Part shown: one piece after another, positions 8,780 to 17,766 of the stretch | Layout: every line of letters starts with the position of its first letter | Numbering within the stretch: position 1 is the stretch's first letter | Origin: Armatimonadota bacterium | GTDB taxonomy: Bacteria; Armatimonadota; Hebobacteria; CAIYQO01 | DNA: 29,947 nt | Direction: 5' to 3' | NCBI GenBank assembly: GCA_038248345.1 | Contig: JBBRXO010000021.1 | Location: 1 to 29,947, forward strand | Program-made: the position numbers and the translations under genes | The notes under the pieces: model-generated | Database searches by the model: none | Told to the model about the DNA's origin: nothing | The model's input: the letters and a program-made list of their open reading frames with translations, nothing else

Positions 8780-9298
8780 ATGACGCATAATATGGATATG
8801 TTTGTAAAATTACACGCTGACCAGGTGGTGCGTCACCTCTGTGAGATCAACCTAGACGAATTAGCCGCGCGCGGGGTGCGCGGAATACTGATTGATATGG
8901 ATAACACCCTCACTCCCTGGCGTAGCCACACTATTTCACCAGAGATTGAGCTATGGCTGGGCAAGTTGCGCGAGCTGGGGATGAGCGCCTGCCTGGTGAG
9001 TAATGCCGGCACCGTAAAGCGCGTGCGCCCGGTGGCGGATCGGCTGGGCATCCCCTGGGTCACTCGCGCCGCTAAGCCGCTAGCCCGCGGCTTCCGCCGC
9101 GGTATGAAGCTGATCAACACCACCCCGGAGACAACAGCCATGGTGGGCGATCAGGTCTTCACCGACATCTACGGCGCCAACCGCCTGGGCATCTACACCA
9201 TCCTGGTTGACCCCATGACCACCCGCGAAGCGCTCATCACCCGTATGATTCAACGCCCGCTGGAACGCATGATCGGACGGGTGCCAGCGGGGAAATAA
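8780..9298 (+). CDS. yqeG: YqeG family HAD IIIA phosphatase
   Basis: IDMDNTL (motif I), LVSN, AAKP, MVGDQVFTDIYGANRLG. Confidence 0.93.
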   Translation: MTHNMDMFVKLHADQVVRHLCEINLDELAARGVRGILIDMDNTLTPWRSHTISPEIELWLGKLRELGMSACLVSNAGTVKRVRPVADRLGIPWVTRAAKPLARGFRRGMKLINTTPETTAMVGDQVFTDIYGANRLGIYTILVDPMTTREALITRMIQRPLERMIGRVPAGK

Positions 9299-9309
9299 CC
9301 TAAATTACC

Positions 9310-9359
9310 TTATTGACCTGACTGACAATATTGACAATGGGGTCAATTTGGTCAATAAT
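9310..9359. repeat. 9-bp-periodic TGAC/GTCA repeats in inverted arrangement, overlapping a possible promoter
   Basis: TTGACCTGA CTGACAATA TTGACAATG then GGTCAATTT GGTCAATAA; TTGACA(9331)-17-AATAAT(9354). Confidence 0.6.
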
Positions 9360-9367
9360 ATCCCATT

Positions 9368-10117
9368 ATGCCTGAGCTGTTTGACAAGCACGGCGGTTTT
9401 CGCAAGTTGCACACCTTCACGCTGGCGACGATCGTGCAGGTTGACACGCTGCGCTTCTGCCGTCGATTTCTGACCTTTGATCACCGCGATGTCGATACGA
9501 AATTCTATGATCCGAAAGGGCGGCAGTACGACCAGATGACCCAGGCAGCACGCAGTGGACGCCAGAATATCATCGAGGGTTCCGAGCGCTCTGCTACCTC
9601 GAAGGACACCGAAATGAAGCTCACTGACGTGGCGCGGGCGAGCCTGAGCGAGTTGCGTGGCGACTACGAAATTTTCATCCTCGACCGTGGACAACTCCCG
9701 TGGTCGGTTCATTACCCCCAGGTCAAAGCCATCAATTCCATCTCGCTCGATCCTGCACCATTCACCGATGATATGGTACACGAATCAGCCAGGCACGCTC
9801 TGGAGCAACGCAAGAAATACTCCCACTGGCTTGATGATAACGACGCGGTGGTGGTAGCCAACGCCATGCTCATCATCATTGGCCGCGCTCTGAACATGCT
9901 GAAAAGCCAAATCGAGGCGCAAGGCCGGGCCTTCGAAGAAACCGGCGGTTTCAGCGAGCGCCTCATGCAAAAGCGCATTGAGGCGCGGGAAAAGGAACTC
10001 CCGCCATCGCCCGAATGTCCGCAATGCGGCAAGCCTATGCGCCAGCGCAAGTCGGCCAAAGGCGATTTCTGGGGCTGCTCCACCTACCCGGATTGCAAAG
10101 GAACGAGATCGGTCTAA
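9368..10117 (+). CDS. Four-helix-bundle (23S IVP/Avd-like) suffix-domain protein with C-terminal topoisomerase-type C4 Zn ribbon
   Basis: HGGFRKL, DQMTQAARSGRQNIIEGS, TEMKLTDVARASLSELRGDYE, F...GGFSERL, CPQCGKPM...FWGCSTYPDCK. Confidence 0.88.
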   Translation: MPELFDKHGGFRKLHTFTLATIVQVDTLRFCRRFLTFDHRDVDTKFYDPKGRQYDQMTQAARSGRQNIIEGSERSATSKDTEMKLTDVARASLSELRGDYEIFILDRGQLPWSVHYPQVKAINSISLDPAPFTDDMVHESARHALEQRKKYSHWLDDNDAVVVANAMLIIIGRALNMLKSQIEAQGRAFEETGGFSERLMQKRIEAREKELPPSPECPQCGKPMRQRKSAKGDFWGCSTYPDCKGTRSV

Positions 10118-10136
10118 AAAAGACCTCACTCCCGTC

Positions 10137-11201
10137 TTACTCCAACACTATCATCGCCTTCAGCACGCCGTCCTGATAATTGTGAACCAGCTCCATGCCC
10201 TCGGCGATGCGGTCTAGGGGGAAGCGGTGGGTGATTATCTTTTCCGGGTGAATGAGACCAGCGGCCATCAGGCGGAGGGCGGGCTCCAGTACCAGGTTGC
10301 TGCGGCGGGCCATGATGATGCTCAGCTCTTTGCGGCGGATCAAGTGCGGGAAGAGCGTGATGGTATCTACCGCCGGGATACCGATGATGACGGTGGTGCC
10401 GCCGGGGCGGGTGACGAGTGTAGCGTCGTTGATGGCCGCCTGCACACCAACTGCCTCGAAGGAGACATCAATCTCACTGACTGCCTGGATGACGGACACC
10501 ACGTTGCCCCCACTGGGGTCAATCACCAGATCGACGCCAAACTGCGTGGCCAGGGCACGGCGCGCCACCAGGGGCTCGGTGAGCGCCACAAAGCTCGCTC
10601 CTGCCAGCTTCGCCGCCATTGCCGTGAGCATACCAATAGGGCCGCCCCCCATGATAGCTACCCGGTCGCCTAGTTTCAGCCGCGCCAGGTTCACCGCGTG
10701 CAATGCCACCGCCATCGGCTCCAGTGCCGCGGCTGCTTCCATGGTGATGCTGTCAGCTATCGGCACGCACTGCCCGGGGGCATAAATGTGATACTCCTCG
10801 AAGGTGCCGGGGATCGGTGGTGTACCCAGAAAACGCACTGATGGGCAAATATTCGGGCGACCGCTGATGCAGGCAGGGCAATGCCCACAGCTATGCGCGG
10901 GCTCCAACGTCACCCGTGTGCCCGGTGCCAGTCCGGTGACGCCTGCGCCTATGGCGGCCACCTCACCAGCAGGCTCGTGCCCGAGGACGAAGGGGAAATT
11001 CACGCGCGCATCGCCAATGCGGCCATCGGCATAATAATGCACGTCGCTGCCGCAAATGCCTACCGCGCGCACGCGTACCAGCACTTGACCTGGCCCGGCC
11101 ACCGGAACCGGAACCTCACGCACCTCTATCCGCCCCACCCCCACCAGTTGCGCCGACTTCATCGTCACTGGTAGCGAGTTATTGGTATTATTGCTACTCA
11201 T
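10137..11201 (-). CDS. Zn-dependent medium-chain dehydrogenase (sorbitol/L-iditol or threonine dehydrogenase-like)
   Basis: GICGSD, LGHE, C-x2-C-x2-C-x7-C structural Zn, GGGPIG; alternative start 11162. Confidence 0.92.
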   Translation of the reverse strand: MSSNNTNNSLPVTMKSAQLVGVGRIEVREVPVPVAGPGQVLVRVRAVGICGSDVHYYADGRIGDARVNFPFVLGHEPAGEVAAIGAGVTGLAPGTRVTLEPAHSCGHCPACISGRPNICPSVRFLGTPPIPGTFEEYHIYAPGQCVPIADSITMEAAAALEPMAVALHAVNLARLKLGDRVAIMGGGPIGMLTAMAAKLAGASFVALTEPLVARRALATQFGVDLVIDPSGGNVVSVIQAVSEIDVSFEAVGVQAAINDATLVTRPGGTTVIIGIPAVDTITLFPHLIRRKELSIIMARRSNLVLEPALRLMAAGLIHPEKIITHRFPLDRIAEGMELVHNYQDGVLKAMIVLE

Positions 11202-11273
11202 GTGGTGATTATTCTATATGAGCGTGACGCATTCCTGCTGAATTAGGGGGGATATTTTGCAGTTATCACCCAC

Positions 11274-13796
11274 TCATGCTGGCAAGTCTTCCAGCAGGTT
11301 CGTCTCTACCACTGCCTGTGTAGTACTGCGCGGTAGTAACAGCGTTTTGATTTCACTGGCGCTGAATGTCGTCGTGATAACACGTCCCATGGCAGGTAAC
11401 GAGATTACGGCATCCGTCGCCTGCCCCAGCGTCTCCACCGCGCGCAGAATCCAGCCGTCAAACTGCTGTCCCACAATATCATTTTCCGGGTATTTGAGCA
11501 CGGTCAGCATAATACCGGGAGCGTCGACAGTGACGAAGCTCTGTACAGCAGGTAGGCTGCCGCCGTGGATATGCTCCACTTGCACCGTCGGAGGGCGGTT
11601 GAGGGTTTGCGCAAGCTGTACTATATCAGTTGCCTGCCAGGGGCCAGCATGGGGAACAATTACGTAGCTGAATTCATGCTCGCCGATATCCATACAGCGA
11701 TGATTATCCTCTTGTAGTTCGTTATCCATATGATGGGCGTAAGCGGCGCTGCGCAGCGCTGTAAAGCGCATCTCGGTATGGAGAACATCAGCGCTGTATT
11801 TGCCATCATTGAGGACAGCTAACCCATAGGTTTGCCCATCCGCGGCAATCCCAGTTACATCGAACCAATTCTGTAGCGGCTCTTCTTCACCATTGGCAGG
11901 GCGGGTAACCGCGCCGTAGGGGATCTCGTAGGTGGCAATTGGGTCGGCGACGTTTACCGGGAAGGAGAACTTCAGGATGCTTAACGGCTCTTGCCAATCC
12001 ACACGTACCTTTACCTGCACCGTGCGCCCATCTGCGGCCAAGCAATAATCTTGCGTCAAACGCGAGCGACCGTAGCGGCTCTCTGCCCGAATTGTGCCGC
12101 GCACCGGCCCATTTTCCAGCAGGGTGACTTTCGCATCATGGAAGCGTCCCACCAGATCGCGGAATTCCCTGGTCCCATGTGACCAGGTATCTGACCGATC
12201 ATCAATCACCAATGGTACTGCGCCGGCGCCGGACAGCGCCTCACAACCAGCATCTTTGTCATATATGCGCGTCAGACAACCGGTACGGCCATCTACTTCC
12301 AGGCGGAGATGGGCATTCTCCAACGCCAGGGTACGCCGACCATCAAAGACGAACTCAGAGAATGGCAGCGTCTCGGTTTTAATCGTATCCGGGGCCAGCG
12401 CACTCTCTTCACTCGCATGATAGTGAATCCGATACAAAGCATATCCCCACGGCGGCACTTCGGCCATCATACAGAAACTCTGTATCCAATTGTGTGCATC
12501 ATCTTTATTGCGCACCATTGACGGAGGAGTATTCTGGATGGGCACCACATTACTGGCGACATCGAGGACTTGCTGTGCGTGACCCTGGAAGAAGTCGACC
12601 TCCACCTCCACAATCAACTGCAGCGGAAATGCGTGCGGATTAAATATCAGCAGCGGAAGTCCTTCTCCCCGGGTATCAATCTGCCCTGCCAGCGCCTGCA
12701 AGGCTTGATTCTGCACGCGCGCGGCAATGGCCTTCGCCTCGCCATATCCTTCCTGTACATCATCATACGCTTCACGAATACTGCATCCGCCCATGATGTC
12801 ATGGAACTGGTTGAAGAGCACGTTGTGCCAGGCACGGGCCAACTCGGTTGTCGCGGGACGTACCCCGGTGACCCATCCGGCGATGACATTCCACCTCTCT
12901 GCCGCCAACAGCCGTTGCTCCGCCTGCCGGTTAGCCCTTTTCACCATGGAGGTGGTCGAATAGCAGCCGGAAGCATGGTGCTGCAACTCTGCATCCCACA
13001 CGGGCAACTGGGCAGCGTGCGGACGCAGTGCCGTGAAGTAAGCGTCCGGTGAAGAGAAGATAAGACTGGTGTCGGTAAGTGATTCCTGCAGCGCATGCAG
13101 CGTATTTATGTTTTTGATCGTCGGACCGCCGCCATGGTTTCCGACGCCATAGAACATCATCAGTGAAGGTGCCGCCTCATCCAGCAGCGCAACCGTATTG
13201 ATGACTTTCCCCTCCAGATTATGGTCGCTACTGTTGTAGCCCCCCCACTCGCCAAATTCAACAATGCGGAAGGCGAGCACGCGGCTGCCATCGGGCGCTT
13301 CCCACCAGAAAGGCCCCAGCGGAACCGCCGGGTTCTCATGTGTGCCAGGACGCATGAAGACATAGGAGTCCATCCCGGCCTTCGTCAGCAACTGCGGGAG
13401 CATGGCATGGTGACCAAAGGAATCGACATTGTAGCCGACATGTGCCCGTACGCCAAAACGACTCTGGAAGAAATGCTGCGCATAGAGCGCCTGGCGGGCA
13501 AAGGATTCACCGCTGGGGATATTGCAGTCCGGCTGCATCCACCAGCCTCCGACGATCACCCAGCGCCCTTCTTTGACGCGCTGTGCAATCTCGGCGAACA
13601 TGGCCGGGTCGATCTCCTCAATCCACAGATAAAGCGCCGCCTGGGAGCAGGAGAAGATGAAGTCCGGGAACTCATTCATGCGATCTAACGCTGAACGAAA
13701 AGTGGCACGGGCCTCCTGGCAACCTTCCGTCCAGCGCCAGAGCCAGACCGGATCAAGGTGCGCATTACCGATAAGGTGAAGTGATTTCTCCATCAT
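11274..13796 (-). CDS. Alpha-mannosidase, GH38
   Basis: GNAHLDPVWLW, GGWWMQPDCNIPSGES, VDSFGH, YGVGNHGGGP, NQFHDIMGG. Confidence 0.95.
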   Translation of the reverse strand: MMEKSLHLIGNAHLDPVWLWRWTEGCQEARATFRSALDRMNEFPDFIFSCSQAALYLWIEEIDPAMFAEIAQRVKEGRWVIVGGWWMQPDCNIPSGESFARQALYAQHFFQSRFGVRAHVGYNVDSFGHHAMLPQLLTKAGMDSYVFMRPGTHENPAVPLGPFWWEAPDGSRVLAFRIVEFGEWGGYNSSDHNLEGKVINTVALLDEAAPSLMMFYGVGNHGGGPTIKNINTLHALQESLTDTSLIFSSPDAYFTALRPHAAQLPVWDAELQHHASGCYSTTSMVKRANRQAEQRLLAAERWNVIAGWVTGVRPATTELARAWHNVLFNQFHDIMGGCSIREAYDDVQEGYGEAKAIAARVQNQALQALAGQIDTRGEGLPLLIFNPHAFPLQLIVEVEVDFFQGHAQQVLDVASNVVPIQNTPPSMVRNKDDAHNWIQSFCMMAEVPPWGYALYRIHYHASEESALAPDTIKTETLPFSEFVFDGRRTLALENAHLRLEVDGRTGCLTRIYDKDAGCEALSGAGAVPLVIDDRSDTWSHGTREFRDLVGRFHDAKVTLLENGPVRGTIRAESRYGRSRLTQDYCLAADGRTVQVKVRVDWQEPLSILKFSFPVNVADPIATYEIPYGAVTRPANGEEEPLQNWFDVTGIAADGQTYGLAVLNDGKYSADVLHTEMRFTALRSAAYAHHMDNELQEDNHRCMDIGEHEFSYVIVPHAGPWQATDIVQLAQTLNRPPTVQVEHIHGGSLPAVQSFVTVDAPGIMLTVLKYPENDIVGQQFDGWILRAVETLGQATDAVISLPAMGRVITTTFSASEIKTLLLPRSTTQAVVETNLLEDLPA

Positions 13797-13817
13797 TTCA
13801 GCTCCCCTGCATTAATC

Positions 13818-13840
13818 AGGGCGCACAGTGTGTGCCCCTA
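13818..13840. repeat. Single REP-like hairpin
   Basis: AGGGCGCACAGTGTGTGCCCCTA; on the minus strand TAGGGGCACAC..GTGCGCCCT resembles GTAGGGGC-type REPs. Confidence 0.5.
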
Positions 13841-13875
13841 TCAGTATTACAACTTCAAATACTAGCATCCAAGCT

Positions 13876-13973
13876 GAGGTGATTGCAAAACCTCCTTGAT
13901 ACCAGACCTGGGGCGTTGCCCCAGGGACTGATTGGATGCGAAACATCAAACCTAAAGGTTTTGCAATTACCTC
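13876..13973. mobile_element. 98-bp MITE with 18-bp TIRs and 5-bp target-site duplication
   Basis: GAGGTGATTGCAAAACCT ... AGGTTTTGCAATTACCTC (17/18 match); AAGCT on both flanks (13871-13875, 13974-13978); internal CCTGGGGCGTTGCCCCAGG. Confidence 0.8.
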
Positions 13974-13984
13974 AAGCTGACTGC

Positions 13985-16306
13985 TTATTCCTTAACCACC
14001 TTTTTGCGTGGTTTCTTCTCTTTTACCACTGGAGCGTCGGTTGCTGCTGCAGCTTTAGGAGTAGCAACTTTTTTTACCGGAGTTTTGCGTGGTTTCTTCT
14101 CTTTTTCCACAATAGGGGCGGGCGGCAAAATCTCAATCTCGCCCTCCGGCATTGGTTTGATACTGCGACAACGCGGGAAACCGCTACAACCGAGGAATTT
14201 ACCGCGTTTGCTGATACGGATGGCCATCGGCCTGCCACATTTTTCACAGGGGATACCCGTCAATTGCGCAGGCTCTTTTTTTACCGGCACCGTGCCATCT
14301 TCATTGGGCATGGGCATGGTGCCCTTGCACGCGGGATAGCTGGTGCAACCGTAAAATGGCCCACGGCGGCTATGGCGCACCATCATCGGGGCGTTACATA
14401 GCTCGCAGAGCACCTCCGGCAGCGCTTCCGCTGGTTCTGCCTCTTCGCCTTCCACTGGCTCTTTTTTCTCTTTGAGGAACTCCTCTTCCTGCGCAGTAAA
14501 TTTACATTCTGGGAAGCCGGTACAAGCGACGAATTTGCCAAACTTACCCTCGCGCAATGCCAGCGGTTTGCCACATTCCGGGCACACCTGCTCTAGCATC
14601 ACGTCCGGCACCTTGATGCGTTCCATATTCTCCGCGGCGGCTGTCAACGCTTTCTCGAAAGGATCGTAGAAGCGCTCCAGCAATGTCACCCAATCTTCCT
14701 CACCACTCTCTACAGCGTCGAGTTTACCCTCCATGTCGGCGGTGAACTCTAGGTTGACGATGTTGGCGAAATGCTTCTCCAACTGTTCATTCACCACCAT
14801 ACCCAGGCCGGTGGGATGAAATTTCTTTTCCTCCAACAGCGCGTAGCGGCGATCCTGAATGGTACCAATTATTGTCGCATAGGTGGACGGTCGCCCCACC
14901 CCATGTGACTCCAGCGACTTCACCAGCGTGGCCTCCGTATAACGTGCGGGCGGCTTGGTGAAATGTTGCTCGGGGAGGAGCTCCAGCAGATTCAACATAT
15001 CGCCTTCGCTCATGGCAGGGAGGAACTCTGACTCCTGCCGGTCGGGCGACAGCGTCAGATAGCCGGGGAATTTCACCCGTTGCCCATTGGCGCGCAGCGT
15101 GTATATACCCGCCTGGACGTCAACAACCATTACTTCCAGCCGGGCGCTGGCCATCTGGCTGGCGAGGAAACGCTTCCAGATGAGTCGATAAAGCTTGAGC
15201 TGATCGCCAGTGAGGTGCGCGGCCATCATCTCGGGTGTGCGGAAGACGTCCGAGGGACGGATGGCTTCGTGCGCATCCTGCGAGCCTTTCACCGCTTTCG
15301 TTTTGCGCTCAACCTTCGGCACGTATTCGGCGCCGAACGTCTCATTAATATAGTTCAGCGCTGCTTCCTGCGCTTCCTCGGCAATACGCGTGGAGTCAGT
15401 GCGCATGTAGGTGATGAGACCGACATGGCCTTCCTCGCCCATCTCCAGACCTTCATAGAGCTGCTGCGCCACTGCCATTGTACGTTTGGCCGTGTAGCCA
15501 AAGGCACGGGAGGCTTCCTGCTGCAAGGTAGAGGTGATGAAGGGCGGTTGTGGATTGCGCTTCTGCTCGGATACCTTCACTTTAATGATGCGATAGCTGG
15601 CTTCGCGCAATGCGTCGACGACAACAGCAGAATCCTCGGCATTGGTCAGCTTAATCTTTACCCCGTCGCGCTCAATCAGCTTGGCGGCGAACTGCGTGGG
15701 TTCTGGTCGTTGCGGCGCGAGTTGGGCAATCACTGTCCAATATTCTTCGGTGATGAAGGCCAGAATCTCGCGTTCACGGTCACAGATGAGCCGCATCGCC
15801 GCCGATTGTACCCGCCCGGCGCTGGTGCCACGACGAACTTTCTTCCACAGCAATGGACTTAGCTGATATCCCACCAGGCGATCCAGCACGCGGCGTGCCT
15901 GCTGGGCGTTCACCCGTTGCATATCAATATCACGCGGATGCTCCAGCGCGTGGGTAATGGCCTGCTTGGTAATTTCATTGAACTCGATGCGCTTGGCGTC
16001 ATGCAGATTCAATGCCTCATGCAGATGCCAGGCAATCGCCTCTCCTTCGCGGTCCGGGTCCATTGCCAGGAAGACAACTTTTGCCGCCTGCGCCGCCTTG
16101 CGCAACTTGGACAGTGTCTCCGCTTTTTCCTTCATATTTACATAGGCGGGCGCAAAATGATGCTCCACGTCCACACCCAGGCCATCCTTCGGCAGGTCGC
16201 GCACGTGCCCCATGGAAGCCATAACTTCATAGTCAGCTCCCAGGTAATTCTTAATTGTTCGCGTCTTCGCCGGTGACTCTACTATAATAAGCGTTTTATC
16301 CGCCAC
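13985..16306 (-). CDS. topA: DNA topoisomerase I (type IA)
   Basis: IVESPAK, DPDREGEAI, SAGRVQS, ITYMRTDS catalytic Tyr, GRPSTY, three C4 Zn ribbons, Lys-rich tail. Confidence 0.98.
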   Translation of the reverse strand: MADKTLIIVESPAKTRTIKNYLGADYEVMASMGHVRDLPKDGLGVDVEHHFAPAYVNMKEKAETLSKLRKAAQAAKVVFLAMDPDREGEAIAWHLHEALNLHDAKRIEFNEITKQAITHALEHPRDIDMQRVNAQQARRVLDRLVGYQLSPLLWKKVRRGTSAGRVQSAAMRLICDREREILAFITEEYWTVIAQLAPQRPEPTQFAAKLIERDGVKIKLTNAEDSAVVVDALREASYRIIKVKVSEQKRNPQPPFITSTLQQEASRAFGYTAKRTMAVAQQLYEGLEMGEEGHVGLITYMRTDSTRIAEEAQEAALNYINETFGAEYVPKVERKTKAVKGSQDAHEAIRPSDVFRTPEMMAAHLTGDQLKLYRLIWKRFLASQMASARLEVMVVDVQAGIYTLRANGQRVKFPGYLTLSPDRQESEFLPAMSEGDMLNLLELLPEQHFTKPPARYTEATLVKSLESHGVGRPSTYATIIGTIQDRRYALLEEKKFHPTGLGMVVNEQLEKHFANIVNLEFTADMEGKLDAVESGEEDWVTLLERFYDPFEKALTAAAENMERIKVPDVMLEQVCPECGKPLALREGKFGKFVACTGFPECKFTAQEEEFLKEKKEPVEGEEAEPAEALPEVLCELCNAPMMVRHSRRGPFYGCTSYPACKGTMPMPNEDGTVPVKKEPAQLTGIPCEKCGRPMAIRISKRGKFLGCSGFPRCRSIKPMPEGEIEILPPAPIVEKEKKPRKTPVKKVATPKAAAATDAPVVKEKKPRKKVVKE

Positions 16307-16341
16307 ATTCTCTCCCTTTTATCCATACGTGTCCGAGAAAA

Positions 16342-16370
16342 ATAGTACACACTTTCTCCAGTTACTGCAA
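16342..16370 (-). promoter_or_regulatory. topA promoter
   Basis: Minus strand TTGCAG, 17 bp, TACTAT. Confidence 0.6.
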
Positions 16371-16494
16371 GCGACGTTTGTATTTTGGTGAAAAACGGTG
16401 CTGACAAGCTTAACTAGATCGTTATCCGGAGGCATTAGAACCGGAGCTACTGTATCTTTTTTAGCACATGTCGTGAATATCGACAACCAGTATC

Positions 16495-16523
16495 TAGACT
16501 TCTCGCCATGTGAGTGCTAAACT
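16495..16523 (+). promoter_or_regulatory. Promoter, copy 1 of a triplicated unit
   Basis: TAGACT, 17 bp, TAAACT with TG extension; identical hexamers at 17629-17657. Confidence 0.65.
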
Positions 16524-16556
16524 ACCTACATGAGAGTTCTATTAAGGAGGTTGAAA

Positions 16557-17012
16557 ATGTCTAGAGTCACAGTCTTTTTCCTGCTATGTGCAGGAATGGT
16601 ACTCGCCAGCTTGCCGGGAACGGCACAAGTATGGCTGGAAAGCATCGACGGCAAACCAATGCCCGTCGTAACCGCTATGCCCCAGTATGGCGTACCAGCG
16701 CCCATATTGGGATCCAATGCGACAACAATCGGCACGATTGTCTTCGCATGTAATATTCCTATGGGTCTGGACGCATATTCCTATGGCCGACTTCTGATCG
16801 ATGATGTCGTTATGGGGGAAATAGGAAACAACAGCCGCATCGCCTATGCAGTCGATACGACTAGATTGGCAGAGGGCAACCATATCGCTCGTGCTTACTT
16901 CGTAACGGCAGCGGGTAATAGACGCTACCACCAGGAATTCTACTTCTATGTCACCAATAAAAACTATAAAGTAGAACCCGCACCAGCAGTGGTAACACCC
17001 ATGCCTAACTAA
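16557..17012 (+). CDS. Small exported hypothetical protein, putative Ig-like domain (paralog 1)
   Basis: RBS AAGGAGG; signal peptide ending PGTA-Q; VDTTRLAEGNHIARA; collinear with the next gene. Confidence 0.8.
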   Translation: MSRVTVFFLLCAGMVLASLPGTAQVWLESIDGKPMPVVTAMPQYGVPAPILGSNATTIGTIVFACNIPMGLDAYSYGRLLIDDVVMGEIGNNSRIAYAVDTTRLAEGNHIARAYFVTAAGNRRYHQEFYFYVTNKNYKVEPAPAVVTPMPN

Positions 17013-17207
17013 GTAGGTAGCCTTTCTTATCGGGTGAAAAGCGATTGACCACTAGTAAATAAACGATCCGATGCTGCCCAAGCTGATTAAGATGCTTTGG
17101 CGGTGGGGGGAGACGCTTTTCACCCGGACAACACAACCGAATAACAACTTTCCCCGCAGCGTGTGCTGAAATAGTATCTCAAGCGATTGAGGTAATGGAG
17201 GTGTCAT

Positions 17208-17606
17208 ATGCCCCGAATAATCACCCTTGCTATCGTAAGCGCAGTGATGGTACTTGCCTGCCTGCCGGGAGCGGCACAAATGAAGCTGGAAAATAATGCC
17301 CAACCTGTGTCGATGCACCAGTATGGAACTATTGTCCGCGGTGACATCATCCTCAGCAGTAAAGCTCCTGTCGGTATCAATGAATTCAGCTACGTCATGC
17401 TAGTTATCAACGACCAGGTTGTCGGCATGGCAGAAAATGTGCAATATGTGGAGTTTAAAGTGGACACCACAAAATTGAAAAGTGGTATGCAAATCGCGCG
17501 CACCGCATATGTCATGGCTAACGGCGATAAAAGATTTAACCCGGAATACTATTTGTATGTGTCAAACGATTTTGTAGCGATCCCAGCACCTCAAGTCGTT
17601 AACTAA
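17208..17606 (+). CDS. Small exported hypothetical protein, putative Ig-like domain (paralog 2)
   Basis: RBS GGAGG; signal peptide ending PGAA-Q; VDTTKLKSGMQIARTAY..EYYLYVSN matches paralog 1. Confidence 0.8.
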   Translation: MPRIITLAIVSAVMVLACLPGAAQMKLENNAQPVSMHQYGTIVRGDIILSSKAPVGINEFSYVMLVINDQVVGMAENVQYVEFKVDTTKLKSGMQIARTAYVMANGDKRFNPEYYLYVSNDFVAIPAPQVVN

Positions 17607-17628
17607 AATGAGCAATTAGCGACTAATA

Positions 17629-17657
17629 TAGACTTTCCTCCACAGCAGTGCTAAACT
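17629..17657 (+). promoter_or_regulatory. Promoter, copy 3 of the triplicated unit; probably drives uORF-corA
   Basis: TAGACT, 17 bp, TG-C-TAAACT. Confidence 0.65.
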
Positions 17658-17691
17658 GTATTTATCAAAAGATAAATTGTGGAGGAGTCAG

Positions 17692-17766
17692 ATGTCGCGA
17701 ATAATCACCACGCCAGCCTTATATCTACCAGTAGCGCCTACTTGTCTGGCGGGGATCACACAATGA
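17692..17766 (+). pseudogene. 24-codon remnant of a third paralog (signal-peptide region) / candidate corA leader peptide
   Basis: GGAGGAG RBS, ATG 17692, MSRIITTPALYLPVAPTCLAGITQ*; aligns gap-free with the first 24 aa of both upstream paralogs; TGA overlaps the corA ATG. Confidence 0.65.

Noticed and set aside
9368..10117. Diversity-generating retroelement suggested by the Avd-like fold and AAC-rich repeats elsewhere
   Set aside because: No reverse transcriptase and no TR/VR pair differing at adenines was seen; the AAC tracts are coding low-complexity repeats
15080..15862. 260-aa plus-strand ORF
   Set aside because: Antisense shadow of topA
17607..17762. M-box (ykoK) Mg riboswitch upstream of corA
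   Set aside because: No recognisable M-box sequence; the region is explained by the duplicated promoter and uORF
17679..17762. N-terminal extension of CorA from GTG 17679, and of ACT from 18713
   Set aside because: The extensions lack family similarity; better starts with RBS or coupling exist at 17763 and 18797
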